Assembly: GCA_040954595.2 (NCBI GenBank)
Contig: CM082584.2
Coordinates: 13,075,337-13,139,336 of the forward strand
Length of the DNA stretch: 64,000 nt
Direction: 5' to 3'
Origin: Balanoglossus misakiensis
Taxonomy: Eukaryota; Animalia; Hemichordata
In this document: positions 14,015 to 26,014 of the stretch, one piece after another
Layout: every line of letters starts with the position of its first letter
Numbering within the stretch: the first letter of the stretch is position 1
Made by a program: the position numbers and the translations under genes
The notes under the pieces: generated by a model
The model's input: the letters and a program-made list of their open reading frames with translations, nothing else
What the model was told of the DNA's origin: nothing
Databases searched by the model: none

Positions 14015-14107
14015 TTAACCCTTTCACTCCCAGTTTCCTCTATAGAGGTCCAACCATACCATAGAAAACAATGGGTTTGGACTAAACCATGGTTGTGAAA
14101 GGGTTAA
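14015..14107. mobile_element. piggyBac-like non-autonomous MITE (~85 bp) in the probable DNAJC14 3' UTR
   Basis: TTAA|CCCTTTCAC...GTGAAAGGG|TTAA: TTAA duplication and CCC/GGG termini typical of piggyBac. A related partial copy lies at ~13480-13514. Confidence 0.7.
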
Positions 14108-14348
14108 AACTGAAACGTTTCACTTGATTTTGTCATTATTCTTGGGAAACCTGGTTTCATACGTTTCAACACCGGTTACCAGCTATGTTACCATTCAAGA
14201 TTCGTACATGTGTAAATGAAAAAGCATCGATCAAGTACTTCTTCATGGAAAGAAATCTTCAGCAATATATGCCGCACACATCAAGTCCTTGCCAATCCTT
14301 GTCTTGAGTCGTTGTTAATCAAATCCTATGATTCTCTAAGCATCTTCA

Positions 14349-17300
14349 TCATCGTCCCCTCTTCTTCTTTCGCTTTTTCTTGTTTCCTCCCCCTCCTCCC
14401 GCTGCACCACTCCCACCACCTCCTCCAAATCCAAACCCTGAGGAATTTCCCGTGTTCATTCCGTGTCCCATTCTGGATCCCATTCCAGATCCCGTTCCAG
14501 GTCCAGGTTGTGTGCCGTCATTGTTTTCATACTGCATGTGGTTGAACAAGTCTTTCAGGAAATCATTGAGTTCTGCTTCCCTGTGGATCAAGAAACAGGA
14601 ACGTTGACAGAAAAATAGAGATTGGAATCAATAAAACTAATCTCTCCCCATTCACAAGCTGGGTATTTCCACTGAAATTCTATTTCCTGCCTTTTATATT
14701 CCCTATCACTGGACAATCAGGGAAAGCTTGTGTATAAATCCTTACCCTTCTCTCGGTCGTTGATGTTGGTTGCGTCGTCTTCCAGCACTTTCAAACCTAC
14801 ACTGTACCACATGGCCGTTCGGTTCTATACTGTTTATTTTCTGCATGTTAAAAAAAATATTGTGAAATCTTCTTAATTACTTACTAAAGGGTTACTCAAA
14901 AATACAGCTACATGAAAAATGTTGCAGCCTCAGTCCACATACAGACAAGATTCTGTCAAATATGTTTACAAACCTGACAAGCAGCCCATTCAGTCACATC
15001 GTAAATATTACTATCCATACAAGCATAATAGTACCATTTAAAACCAAGATATGATGTTTCTGCCCATATATCACCCTAGAAATAAAAAAACATCCAGTTA
15101 TACACCATAAGAAATCACAACATCATCATACGAGTTTTCATTTGAGAAAGATGGTCTATTTGCTACCATAAGAAGTCTTCGATTATTCTCAGGAAAAATA
15201 TTAAAACCTGGTTGTTTTTTCATTTAATTATCTCTTTTGATACACTTAGCACCTGTCTGTAACCTGCAATGGTACAGTGTATTCTGTTTAAGATTAAAAA
15301 TCATATCTACTGGATATTAAATTCAGCCATACCTCTTTAGCTGGATGTCGTATATCACATTTTTTGCAATATCTAGCGCTATAAATCTGTCTGTCTGTTT
15401 CCAGTCGCATGTGCTTGCCTCCACAGTTCTCGCATGGCATAGTGTTTGCTGCCTAAGGGGAGAAGAACAGTTTATAGCTACAGCTTAGAAAATTGAGGCT
15501 TGACCATGACAACAATGGGATTCATTATAAGCGCATACACACACATTTGGTAGGTCATACATACACACATATACACCGATGTTTAGACAGTTTGCATTGC
15601 TGTCATTTAAACTCACCTCTTTCATCTTTTGATGGAGTTTGGTAAAGAAATCATTGATGTCTTTCTGTGAAAGGAAAACAGGAACATACAGCACATCAGT
15701 GATGAATATTAAGATTTTTTTCATATCTGGATTAGTACTGGCTATGCAGTAAAAGAGTATTAAATTCAGGGTCAGAGTGCAAAGGTCAAAAGTGAAGTCC
15801 AACTCACCATTGCTTCTTCCATTTCTCCATCTTCCATTGTCTCTGTATCATATGCTTTTCTTTTACTCTGGGGAAGAAACATAGTGCAAGGAAAAGTTCA
15901 GTAAAGATATTTTTAAGACAGCTACATGTAAATTGAGATTTTTGTACTTGAATCATAGTGTCATGACTGAGTTGGCCCAGCCGTTGGAACAATGCAAGAA
16001 GAGACGTACCGGGTCTCCAAGGATCTCAAAGGCATGTCCGAGAATCTTGAACGCTTCCTCAGCACCAGTTTGTGTGTTCTGTAAAATAAAGGGGGGGGCC
16101 ATCAGGATTACTTAGTTTTCAGTGGAACCTTTCAACACAATACAGGACCACAAAACTTCTTGTGTCCACACAGAAACTTGTAGCAGGGTGTATGGTTCTC
16201 TCTTACCTTGTCAGGGTGAACTAGCATGGCTTGTCTTCTATAATATTTCTTGATATCTTCATCAGATGCATCCCTCGACACACCCAATACATTATATGGA
16301 TTTTTGCCTTCACAGGATAATAGCCTTTGGATGGCTTCTTCTCCTGAAAAATAAAATGTGTGCAAAATGTTATCCAAGTGTGAAAAAGAATCTTACACAC
16401 CCAAGGGTCTGGGAAAAGATTTCCTGCACATTCGTTAGAGATCGTTTCTCTGACACAATCTGCACACAAATGTGAGACAAAATATCCCCAACTTAACTTA
16501 ACACAGTTCACAAACCAGGAGAATCACTTTCATTTTTGGTTATCAAATCAATTCTTCCTACCTGTAGATGGAAGTCTTATATTCTGTGTTGGCCCATTGC
16601 TTGTTGCTTCTTTCTTATTGTTCCATGTAAAACCACCATTTGTATATCGACTTTGGTTCTTGGTCCATTTCTCTTTTACTTTCACTTTCACTTTATTCCA
16701 CACAAGGCTGGTGTACTCCACGACAAACTTCCAGGAAATATTAGCACTGTGAAAATAAAGTAAGATGTAAGTTGTTACAGTTTGTCAATGCTGTTTCTCT
16801 CAATTAAATTGTGTTCTCTGGTTGAATATATAGCAACATTTGAGTCATATGAGACACTTACCATCTGATGACAAGCGCCAGAAGAATCAAGAGCAGCATG
16901 GTGATCAACATGACAAAACGGATGACCGATCTACCAATGAATATCATACCTCTGTACCACATGTCACCTAAAAAAAAGATACACAAAGGTACTTAGAAAT
17001 CAAAGTTTTCTTCCGGAGATGAACACAGGATTTTCAGATTTGGACCATAAGCATTTCTTACTTACCATCAGCATAGCCATTATTGCTTTCTCTTTCTTTT
17101 TGTTGCAAACCACTGCGGGGTCTTCTTTCTTCGTGTCTTTTGTGGGGACCGACTGTAGGTTTCTGTGCTGCATGTTTCGTGTTGTTGGTGGGTCTGGAAG
17201 GAGAATCAACTCTCCTTCCCTTTTCTTCCTTGCGTCTTTCTTCGTTGGGTTGTGGGTCTTGTTGTGGGGTCTCCTTTGTCTCTTGGGTCTTAGTCTCATT

Positions 17301-18746
17301 GTGTTTCGAGTCGTCCTGTTCTGGGTTCACTTTGGGCTTCTTTTCACTGCATGATGGAGTCTCTTTCCGAGTCTGGAAAATTCTTTTGGGATCAAAGAAC
17401 GAGTGGTTGTTTGTTCTTCTCTTCTCCCATTCATCATTAGGCTTGTCTCCATCCTTTGCACCATCTCCTGAACCTTTCATATCAACATAGTCTGCAGACA
17501 CATACTTCCCGGTTCTGACATCGAAGCGAGTGCCAACACTTCCGCACCGACCATACTGAGAACCACCAACAGAGGCGTTGCAAGCATAACTGCCTTCATC
17601 TTCTGATTTAGGGGATGCGTCACTTTCATTGCTAACACAGTCATCTTTGCATTCTTTACATGCTTTGCAGTCATCCTCAACCTCCAGATCGCCTTCACTG
17701 ATTTGCCCAACACAGTCACCTTGGCTAACACTTACATGATTCTTTTCTTTAGTGCTGTTCTTGGAAGCCGTGGCTCTGCCCCTGTCCCTGCAGGAGCTTC
17801 TCTTAGAGTCGGCACTCTTGCATTTTGCATCTTTAGTGGGATGTGGTTTTGTGGCTTGGATGTTGAAATCATCTAGTCCATACTTGGAGTTGGGGTCGAT
17901 TGTGCTCTTTGCTTTTGAGTTGTTAGACTTGACTGCACTGAAGTCATCTAATGCATATGCAGATTTCATCTTTGGTCGGTGGTTTGTATTGGTGTTGCCG
18001 CTCCTCATCAACTTTGCGTGTCTAGGTGGGACGTTTCTCGCAGAAGAAGATGAGTGCCACTTGGTGGATTTGGTGCCAGACTTCCCTGCTTTCTGAGTTG
18101 GTTTGATGGGTTTGGGAACCTGGTCTGGGCTGGCTGGCATGCTGGCAACATCAGAGTAACTCTTCAACTTAGCTGAAGCTGATGTACGACTCGTATTCGA
18201 ACTGTTGCTGAGATCCGACGTGTTAGATATGTGTGATTCTGTACTACCGTAGGTATCTGAGGCAGATGTCAAGTTGGAGTATGTGTTCATGGCAGCGGTA
18301 TACATATTCCTTCCTTCATCTACAGCCGCCTCTGTAAAATCGTACGGGGGCATGAATCCGGGATAAGTACTGGCCGTAGCATGATTACTTGCATCTGGTG
18401 TGGAATCAGGACTATTACCTTCAAAGGCACTATAATTAAAATACCCAAAGTCATCAGGGCTGGAGAGTGAGCGACCACGGAAACTGTAGTCGTTGGTTGT
18501 GGGAGGAGGACTATTCCATGAATTTGGAAGCTGATACGCAGAGTCGGTGGATGCCAAAAGGTTGGACCAGAAAGCAGCATCGAAGTCACCTCCGGCAGAT
18601 AAATCAGGAACAGTCTGATCACCACTCATTCCATCAGGCGGATCTACTGGATTTGATATCAAACTGGAAAAGTCAAATGTAGGCTGGTCATTCCTCATTC
18701 CGGGATACATCCCGTGACGGAATTTGGATTGATCTTCCGGATCCAT
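14349..18746 (-). CDS. DNAJC14: DnaJ homolog subfamily C member 14 (DRiP78/Jiv-like), ~944 aa, 11 coding exons
   Basis: Exons 18746-17066, 16967-16862, 16746-16562, 16343-16207, 16078-16010, 15867-15808, 15664-15617, 15452-15333, 15075-14974, 14840-14746, 14580-14349 (2835 nt, frame-consistent). Long low-complexity N-terminus, TM segment ([18 protein letters not shown]), [14 protein letters not shown] domain with HPD ([21 protein letters not shown]), Jiv-type Cys domain ([39 protein letters not shown]) and a basic tail. Confidence 0.92.
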
Positions 18747-18947
18747 CTTCAGCCCACCATTACAACCCCTGCAAGAACAGATGGGATCTAAATGAATATG
18801 GGGGAATTATAAAACACAAATCTCCCATTAACGATTAAAATTAGTGAAACCAAAATTTGAATGGAAGGTTAAAATAAAATGTTGTAAATGTTCTGTCAAC
18901 GATGTATTAAAAATTAAACTACTCATAACTGGTAGAGGTAAATTCAT

Positions 18948-18997
<50 letters not shown>

Positions 18998-19029
18998 CAT
19001 CATCATTGTTGTTGTTGTTGTTGTTGTTG
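18948..19029. repeat. Compound microsatellite (GAT)16 + (TTG)8 in DNAJC14 intron 1
   Basis: Directly visible trinucleotide runs joined by GCATCATCA. Confidence 0.95.
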
Positions 19030-19589
19030 CAACCACATACCCAAAGATGTAACAAAACAAACTGATATTATTATATAGATTTCGTGACTTTTAAACTTGA
19101 TGGACAAACAGTCCGATTCGCCTCGTAAATAAGAGTTCACTCTTCCGGAACATGAAAGTGACAAAAGCCTAGCAACACAACCGCACTGCGCTGCGTGCGC
19201 GTAAAATGTGGGCGCGGTACGTCATCGCCTACGAAACATGGTACCGCCTATACAGTTTCCAACAACATGCAACAGTGCATCTTCAATAATAGCCGTCCCG
19301 GCAACGACTTACAAAACCGTAGCAACAATCAGAACAACTTTCACTTTCACGATTGTACCTCCAACATGCCAAGACCAGACTCATGACAACTGCGGTGTGG
19401 TCGGTCATCAAAAATTACATGACTCGGCACATCACAACCAGTCCGTTGGGCTTTGTTCAAATATGCTAAGCTGTTATCGTGCAAAGATTATCGTCAGAAA
19501 AGCCACGGTGTTTATATCTAAATGCTTTTTAAAATTTGCAAAATTTCCGATAGACAAGGGAAAGTGTGAATAACAACAAGGGCTCTCAC

Positions 19590-19638
19590 CTCAACTAAGC
19601 ATCCGCCATTTTCTTTGCAAGAACAGTCAATGACGTCA
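19590..19638 (-). promoter_or_regulatory. Putative non-coding first exon and promoter of DNAJC14
   Basis: Donor GAG|GTGAGA at 19590/19589; matching acceptor TTGCAG| at 18769/18768. YY1-type AAAATGGCGG at 19603-19612. CRE TGACGTCA at 19631-19638. Confidence 0.55.
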
Positions 19639-20649
19639 TAGTCTCTATCACGAACGTATGCGTCCCTGTAATGTAAATACCTGTGTATCGAGGATATATA
19701 TTACACAAAAATGTATAGGAAACAAAATTTCAAGTAAATTTATGACAACGTGATTTTTGGTAAACGTTACTATGTAAATATTTATTTCTTAGCATGTTGT
19801 TAACTGCTTATGACGAACGAGGCTATACAAGGAAGCGCTCTTGAGATCAAAGGTCACCGAGGCTGTGAACACGTTTCCTATACTTTTTATATCATCGTGC
19901 TATAAAATGCCAGTAAAAGTTCTGTATAACACGATGCCCGGTAATAGCATAATGTTTGAATAAGTATCGGACCAGCTATCACGCAAGAGAGTGGCGTGAG
20001 TCATGTCCTCAGCCCTAAGTAGTCGTATTTTGCTACAGAGGGCGTAGTAGCAAGTGTCAAACAGGATATTGTGGACCTATACTGAAAAAGTTGTCAACAT
20101 TGAAATCTCTGCCTTCCGAGGTTCAAACAGTCGACGACGAAGCAGACACGTACATTTACTTCTTATTAATTGTGTTTTATACAAATCAGTATGTCAGAAT
20201 AATTTATGACGGAAATTTCCCAATGCCTCCTTATAGCTGACACATTGTCAACTTCATTAAATGATAAAAAGTAAATACGATCTTGGCGGAAAAGGATAAA
20301 AATCAGAGTGCCCCTGCAGTTAGCGTATGTAGCTTCTGGTTTATTTGACGGGCCAAAGTTTTCTGGACTGTTTCAGCGTGTTCTTTTTCATCTCTATTTT
20401 CAACTAATATGTGTTGTCATATGTTTGAATGACAGCCGACGCTTTATTTCATGTCCGACTGCACAGTTTCAAGTTGTCTCGCGGAAGAGAAATTCGGCAA
20501 CTATAATATTTCTACCAACGCCTCTGCCAACCATTGATTTATGAGCGTTGACATAACTTTCATGCTGACATCTCAAACTGGGTTCCTGTCCAACTGACCA
20601 ATAAAATGCAACGACGCTAGAAGTGTTGTTGAACATACTTTCCACACAG

Positions 20650-20736
20650 GCAGTCACTTAGCTCTGCGTGGCAGGGCTGTGTTGTCACGGCGAGCCGTAA
20701 CCAACACAGCCCTGCCACGCAGAGCTAGCAGTCACT
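20650..20736. mobile_element. 69-bp palindromic MITE-like insertion with 9-bp target-site duplication
   Basis: Perfect 26-bp inverted repeat (20659-20684 / 20702-20727) flanked by direct repeats GCAGTCACT (20650-20658, 20728-20736). Confidence 0.8.
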
Positions 20737-21445
20737 AAGACTCCTGAGCTGCCTGATTACACACGGGGATCAGCTGATTCCTTAAAATTCAAAGAGGTAA
20801 GTCTGTTTTTATAAAACGCTTCCAGCACTACGTATTTCAGGCATACTTCTTTGCTTACAAGACATACTAGAGTAGATCACATAATTAGTCGCGGTGTAAA
20901 GTTGGCGAAGAAAAATCCAATTTCTTCGGCCTACAGTGTCAAACTGGTCAAGGTGGACGATTTCGTTCTTTTGCGCAGTTTCACCCCAAGTCTATAGGCC
21001 TACTTGCTGAAATTCTGGTGAACCTTTCTACCCTGGCTGAAAATATGGCAGTAAATCAGGTCTGAAAACTATTGTTATTCAAGGCAAGATAATTGCTAGG
21101 TCAGAGAAACAATTTGAAAAAAATGGAAATTGCAATGGAGTCATATTGGACCATTGCCAAGTGGTGGTACCAGGTGTCCTGTTAGGGGTAAAGGTTTTCA
21201 GATAAAGATGATTGATTAGCTTTCTACATATTTGATTATTTGACAACCATATAGGCATTACTAAATTACGGGCGCTTATAATCATTTTGTCAATAAATGA
21301 GCATATCCTAATAATGAATTCGAAATATCACTCCACTCTCGTCCCGCAAGTATCGCTCACAGAGGTCATTGAATTGTGTGATAAAGTATAAAAATGATGA
21401 CAGCTTTTGCATTAATTTTCCGTAGGTGTACAGTTCTCAGAAAAG

Positions 21446-24347
21446 ATGCCCGCGGAGAGAGTCCTTGGTGATATACACACCTGGCTTTCTGGAAAAAGCA
21501 AATTTCGCAGTTACAATCTTACATTTATTTGTAAAGATGAGGAGGTGAAGGCGATGTATGAAGAGGCTGGTAGGAAAGGAAACCTTCCGTTCAACAGAAG
21601 CAAAGTTATGTTCTTGGGAGATGCCCGTGTAGGAAAAACAAGTCTCCGACGTTTGCTGACCGGTGAGACATTTCAAGAGAACGAGCCGACAACGGAAGGA
21701 ATTGAGACTCAAATGTACGAATCCAAAGAAGTCGATCACAACTGGCGCGAATGTGTACAGAAGAGGTTTTCTGAATTTGAATTTGCTTCGTCTTGGTACA
21801 CCGCCTTGCAGTCTTTGAAGCAAGAACTACAATCAAGAAATTCATCTGACAAGGATTGTAGAAAGTTACAATCCTCGACAGAGGTTCCAACCTTTAGCGG
21901 TGTCGCCAGTTACATATGCAAAATATACCTAATAATGGTATTCATTTGCGCAGTAACCTTGGGTGATGGTTTTGCATTTGGTATCGCTCCATTTGAATGG
22001 GCTTTATTTATTGGATATTCTTTGGTCGGTTGCGACTTTCTGACGGAGACCTATCGTTTTGGCACTGGCTTAGCTCTCATTCTCCTTTTGGATAATTACA
22101 TAAGATGTCATTTCACGTTAACAGCCATATTGTTGAATATTGAAACGTTTTGTCTGAACATAGCCACAGTGAAGTACTTCGTCTTCTGTTTACCTTTCGT
22201 CATATTCAGTTGTATATTTGGCATTCTTGATGGTGTCGGTTGTCGAAGTGGTATCGCTTTTGGCCTGTGCCTGCTGCGACCACCGGGGGCGCTCTATTCC
22301 TCTGCAGAGAATCGCATTCAGCCGGATTTTGTAGACCGCCTTCCATTGGTATTTGAAACGATATTGGCTGTGAGCGGTCATTTTCTGGGCGTGATAATAA
22401 TGCGGTGTGTGATGGTTTCATTGGGGCGAATACCCTTCTCTCGTATCTCTGACTTGGCATGGGCTACACTTGCTTTGTTATTGATCGGGGTGACTTGGTC
22501 GATATTACCATGGCTCAGCGATTACTTCCTTCCACTTTTAGTTGGTCTTCTCCATGGGTTTGGGAAAACAACAGGGAATTTCCTTGGAAGAGAAATCGAT
22601 GAATCCACTGGTTTTGGGTATTTTACTCTGAAAGGAATCGGTGCAATCTTGGGATTGCTTCTCGGATTTCTGATAGGATGGTCATTTCAAGTTACAGGAT
22701 GTTCGTCTTTATCCTTCCTTATCTTCATCGCCTCAGTTTTAACTCATCCTCTTGTGGAACTTTGCGGGTATTGGGAGGTGACCAGACAAGAAATCCCCGT
22801 GAGGTGTGTCAGTAAAGCAATTGGGAATCAAAGGCGAGGTTACAAGAGGATGCCAACCAGACTAAGCCTGTGGGATTTCGCGGGACAAGAACTGTATTAC
22901 CATACCCACCACGTGTTTCTGGCCAGTCATGCGGTGTACCTTGTAGTGTTCAATCTCAAAGATGCAGTCCGCAATAGAACTCGACAACTTCACCGGATTC
23001 TGTTCTGGTTGCACTCGATTTCAACCCACACTGACAATAAAGATGCAGTCATTTTTCTTGTTGGAACTCACAGCGACAGTGTTGGACTCTCCGACAGGAA
23101 TGACGTTTCCAATTACCTGTACGAAAATCTCTACGATAACTTTTGTGACCGTTTGGTACTGAAGAATGACAACTGCGTTGTGTTTATGGTCGAGAATTCC
23201 AACATTCACGATTATGAAGCGCAGAACATTAAAGAGCATATTCACAGAATGGTTCTGGAAGCAGACTACATGACCGAAGAGTTTCCGATCAAGTACCTCC
23301 ACTTCTATGAACTGATCATAAGCAGGCGACAAGAAAGTACGGGAAAAGGCTGCTGTCGTAGTATTGCACGCTGCAACGAAGTCAGAGATTTCGTCCGCAG
23401 GAAATGTGGAATAACTGACGATGAGAGCTTTCATCAGTTGCTGAGCTTCTTCCATCGAGCAGGTGAGATAATCTACCATCCAGGTGATCAAACTCTCAAA
23501 GATTACGTCATCTTTGACCCACAACTACTTGTCGACGTGATGAAAACACTCGTGACTATTCCACCTCGTTGTGAACGACATCACAGGGTTGCTCCTTACT
23601 GGCATCAGCTTGAGACGAGAGGAGTTTTACACATTTCTCTAATGGAACACATTTTGAAAGAAAAGAATCTACCAAATGATATTGTTTCGCTGTTACAAGC
23701 TTATGATCTGATATGTCCGATACCAAATCAATCCTCCACCTCAGAGGAACTGTTCAGTGTGCCGAGCCTAATGCCCCCATGCTCAACGATGAACCCCGTG
23801 GATTGGTGGACCTATGGCAAAGATGAAGAAACCTACTATTTCAACTTTGGGTATTTTCGACCCGATGCCGTCTTCTGTCGCCTTCTAGCACGCTGTTCGA
23901 ACGCAGATAAACTGACAGATTACTCGGAAACCAGACAGATATTCCTCGATGCCGGAAAATTTTCATTTGGTTCGAAAGTCACCTTCAAACTGGAGCTTAT
24001 TCATCACTTGCCGGAGCAAAACCTGATAAAGGTCACAGCACAGACAGCAACAGACAGTGACTCCAGGATGTTCATAGGCTGGGTCATAGGTCAACTGGGT
24101 ATAATAAGAGAAAGGGACTTCAAATACCTGAAGTATGAGTTTGGTATTCCGTGCCCTGTACAACAACACAACATGTTGAAAAGTGCCGAGAAGATTCACA
24201 TCATTGAATTGGCGAGTGACAAGGACAGTGATCTGCCAGAGGCTGTGCCATTCCATTTTATCTGCGGAGGGCAACGTCACGTGGTAAACGTCTTCCAAAG
24301 GAAAGCTGATGTAAGGAACATTTATTTGTATCGCTATACATGCTAAC

Positions 24348-24384
<37 letters not shown>

Positions 24385-24970
24385 CTTCATCAAATGTAGC
24401 CAATAATGAGTCACTTCTGTCTTTATTTTCAGAAGCAGACCAAAATAAAATACGACACAAATATCTGCAAAATGCCACCATTACTTCACAGGAAAATATG
24501 TAATCTGTTGAATACTGAAAGTCTTTTAGCGGGCGATTGGAAAGTTCTAGCAAGTAAGTCATTAGTTTAGAAAATGAAAACATAATTTTTGTTTCCCAAA
24601 TAAATGTTGCCATACTGATAGAAACTGACTCTTATCAATTCTCTAAACTTGACCTTAAATAGTTGGGCAATACCTATTATTTAAATATCACCGACGCGAA
24701 GCATTACTATACTTCATTTCAATTTGACATACATTGATTGTTTCAGGCGAAATTGGCTGTACGGTAGAAGACGTGCAAGTGTTCGCCAGGGCCAATAATC
24801 CTACTGCTGAAGTTTTGCACTACTGGTCAACAACACACCTGACAACAATCAAGGACCTGTTGAATGTCTTAGCAAGACCATCCCTCTCTCGCAATGACGT
24901 CATTTCAACCATTAATGAGCACATTGTTTCTTTGAAAGGCGTTATTGATAATTTGGCATTGGAGAACTAA
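21446..24970 (+). CDS. Roco-family protein A: Roc GTPase with internal multi-TM insertion, COR domain, C-terminal death domain; ~1069 aa, 3 coding exons
   Basis: Exons 21446-24310, 24433-24553, 24747-24970, GT-AG and frame-consistent. P-loop GDARVGKTS, G2 TTEGI, G3 LSLWDFAGQ followed by YYHTHHVFL..AVYLVVFNL, G4 VGTHSD, G5 VENS. COR-like LLSFFHRAGEIIY..VIFDPQLLVDVMK..LLQAYDLIC..VPSLM. Death-domain-like ICNLLN..DWKVLASEIG..PTAEVLHYW..TIKDLLNVL..RNDVI. Probable non-coding 5' exon ending at 20796 (AG|GTAAGT) splicing to 21426. Confidence 0.88.
24348..24384. repeat. (GAT)12 microsatellite in a Roco A intron
   Basis: Directly visible. Confidence 0.95.
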
Positions 24971-26014
24971 CTAGTGAAATTCCATTATCGAATATGTAGA
25001 TGAGTTGAATTTGAGCACCTGGGTGGTGTATACTTGAAAGTGAAAACAATAGACTATCGAAGACCAGTCAAACGGGCAGATAGGCGAAATAACATACTAG
25101 AAGTTCATCTGTTCGTGCACACTATATTGCATTTCTGTCATAATTATATATGCCAGACATTTTTGCGAATGTACGGAGTTCAGTACAGTATAGAGTACAG
25201 TTCAAAATAGTGCAGTACAGATAAACAACAGAGTACACAGGAAAAAAAACGAAATCCTTGAAAGAAAGATATATATTCTCAGTTCATGAATATGTTGTGT
25301 TATTTACATACCAGAAACATAAAGGGGTAATATATGCTCACCTGTTGTTTGATGGATCGGACTTCGGCAAACCCGAATGAATGGCGCTTTCCGAAGGGTC
25401 CCGCAAATTTTCAGCGTCATCCTCGTCAACTCTTACTGGGTTTTGTTTGTACTTCACACCTTATCGTGTTTTAGATGCATGAATAAGGTTTATGCCGTCG
25501 CTAACCAGCACGTTTCTTCCACCGTGAAAGTGATGACATGAACGAAGTGGCGCCGTACTCTTGTGTGAAAGCACCTGGTGAAGCTATAAATCGCACGTGA
25601 TCACTCTCGACCAATTGAAATATCTATACAAAACAGCTGTACACGTACCAATCCCTAATTGGTTGACATGAAAGCAGTGGCTGCTAATTTAATGAAATTT
25701 TGCAAGTAGGTCAAATTCATTCAGTCAATCAATCAATCGGTCAGGAAGAAATCCAACACGAATTCATAAAGACGATTAATACTTGTTTATTATCAGATAT
25801 CCACTCATATCATAATACAATTAATGTCAACCTGTTTTGTGAAATGTAAAAATTACTGAACACTTGACTTTGACAATGTAAAACTGTTATGCATGTAACT
25901 CGAATAAATTCATGGTATATAAAACTGACGCGTGCAAGAGTATAAATTGTAACAATTTCAATGTATTGTATGGCACAACAGGTCTTACATATTTTTTACT
26001 GACGTTCTCTCAGT

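Noticed and set aside
21446-24346. Naming Roco A as DAPK1, LRRK or MFHAS1
   Set aside because: No kinase, ankyrin or LRR domain is present, so orthology cannot be supported.
23963-24613. 216-aa antisense ORF, and other ORFs overlapping Roco A/B and DNAJC14 exon 2
   Set aside because: Shadow ORFs of real coding exons and microsatellites, with no recognisable motifs.
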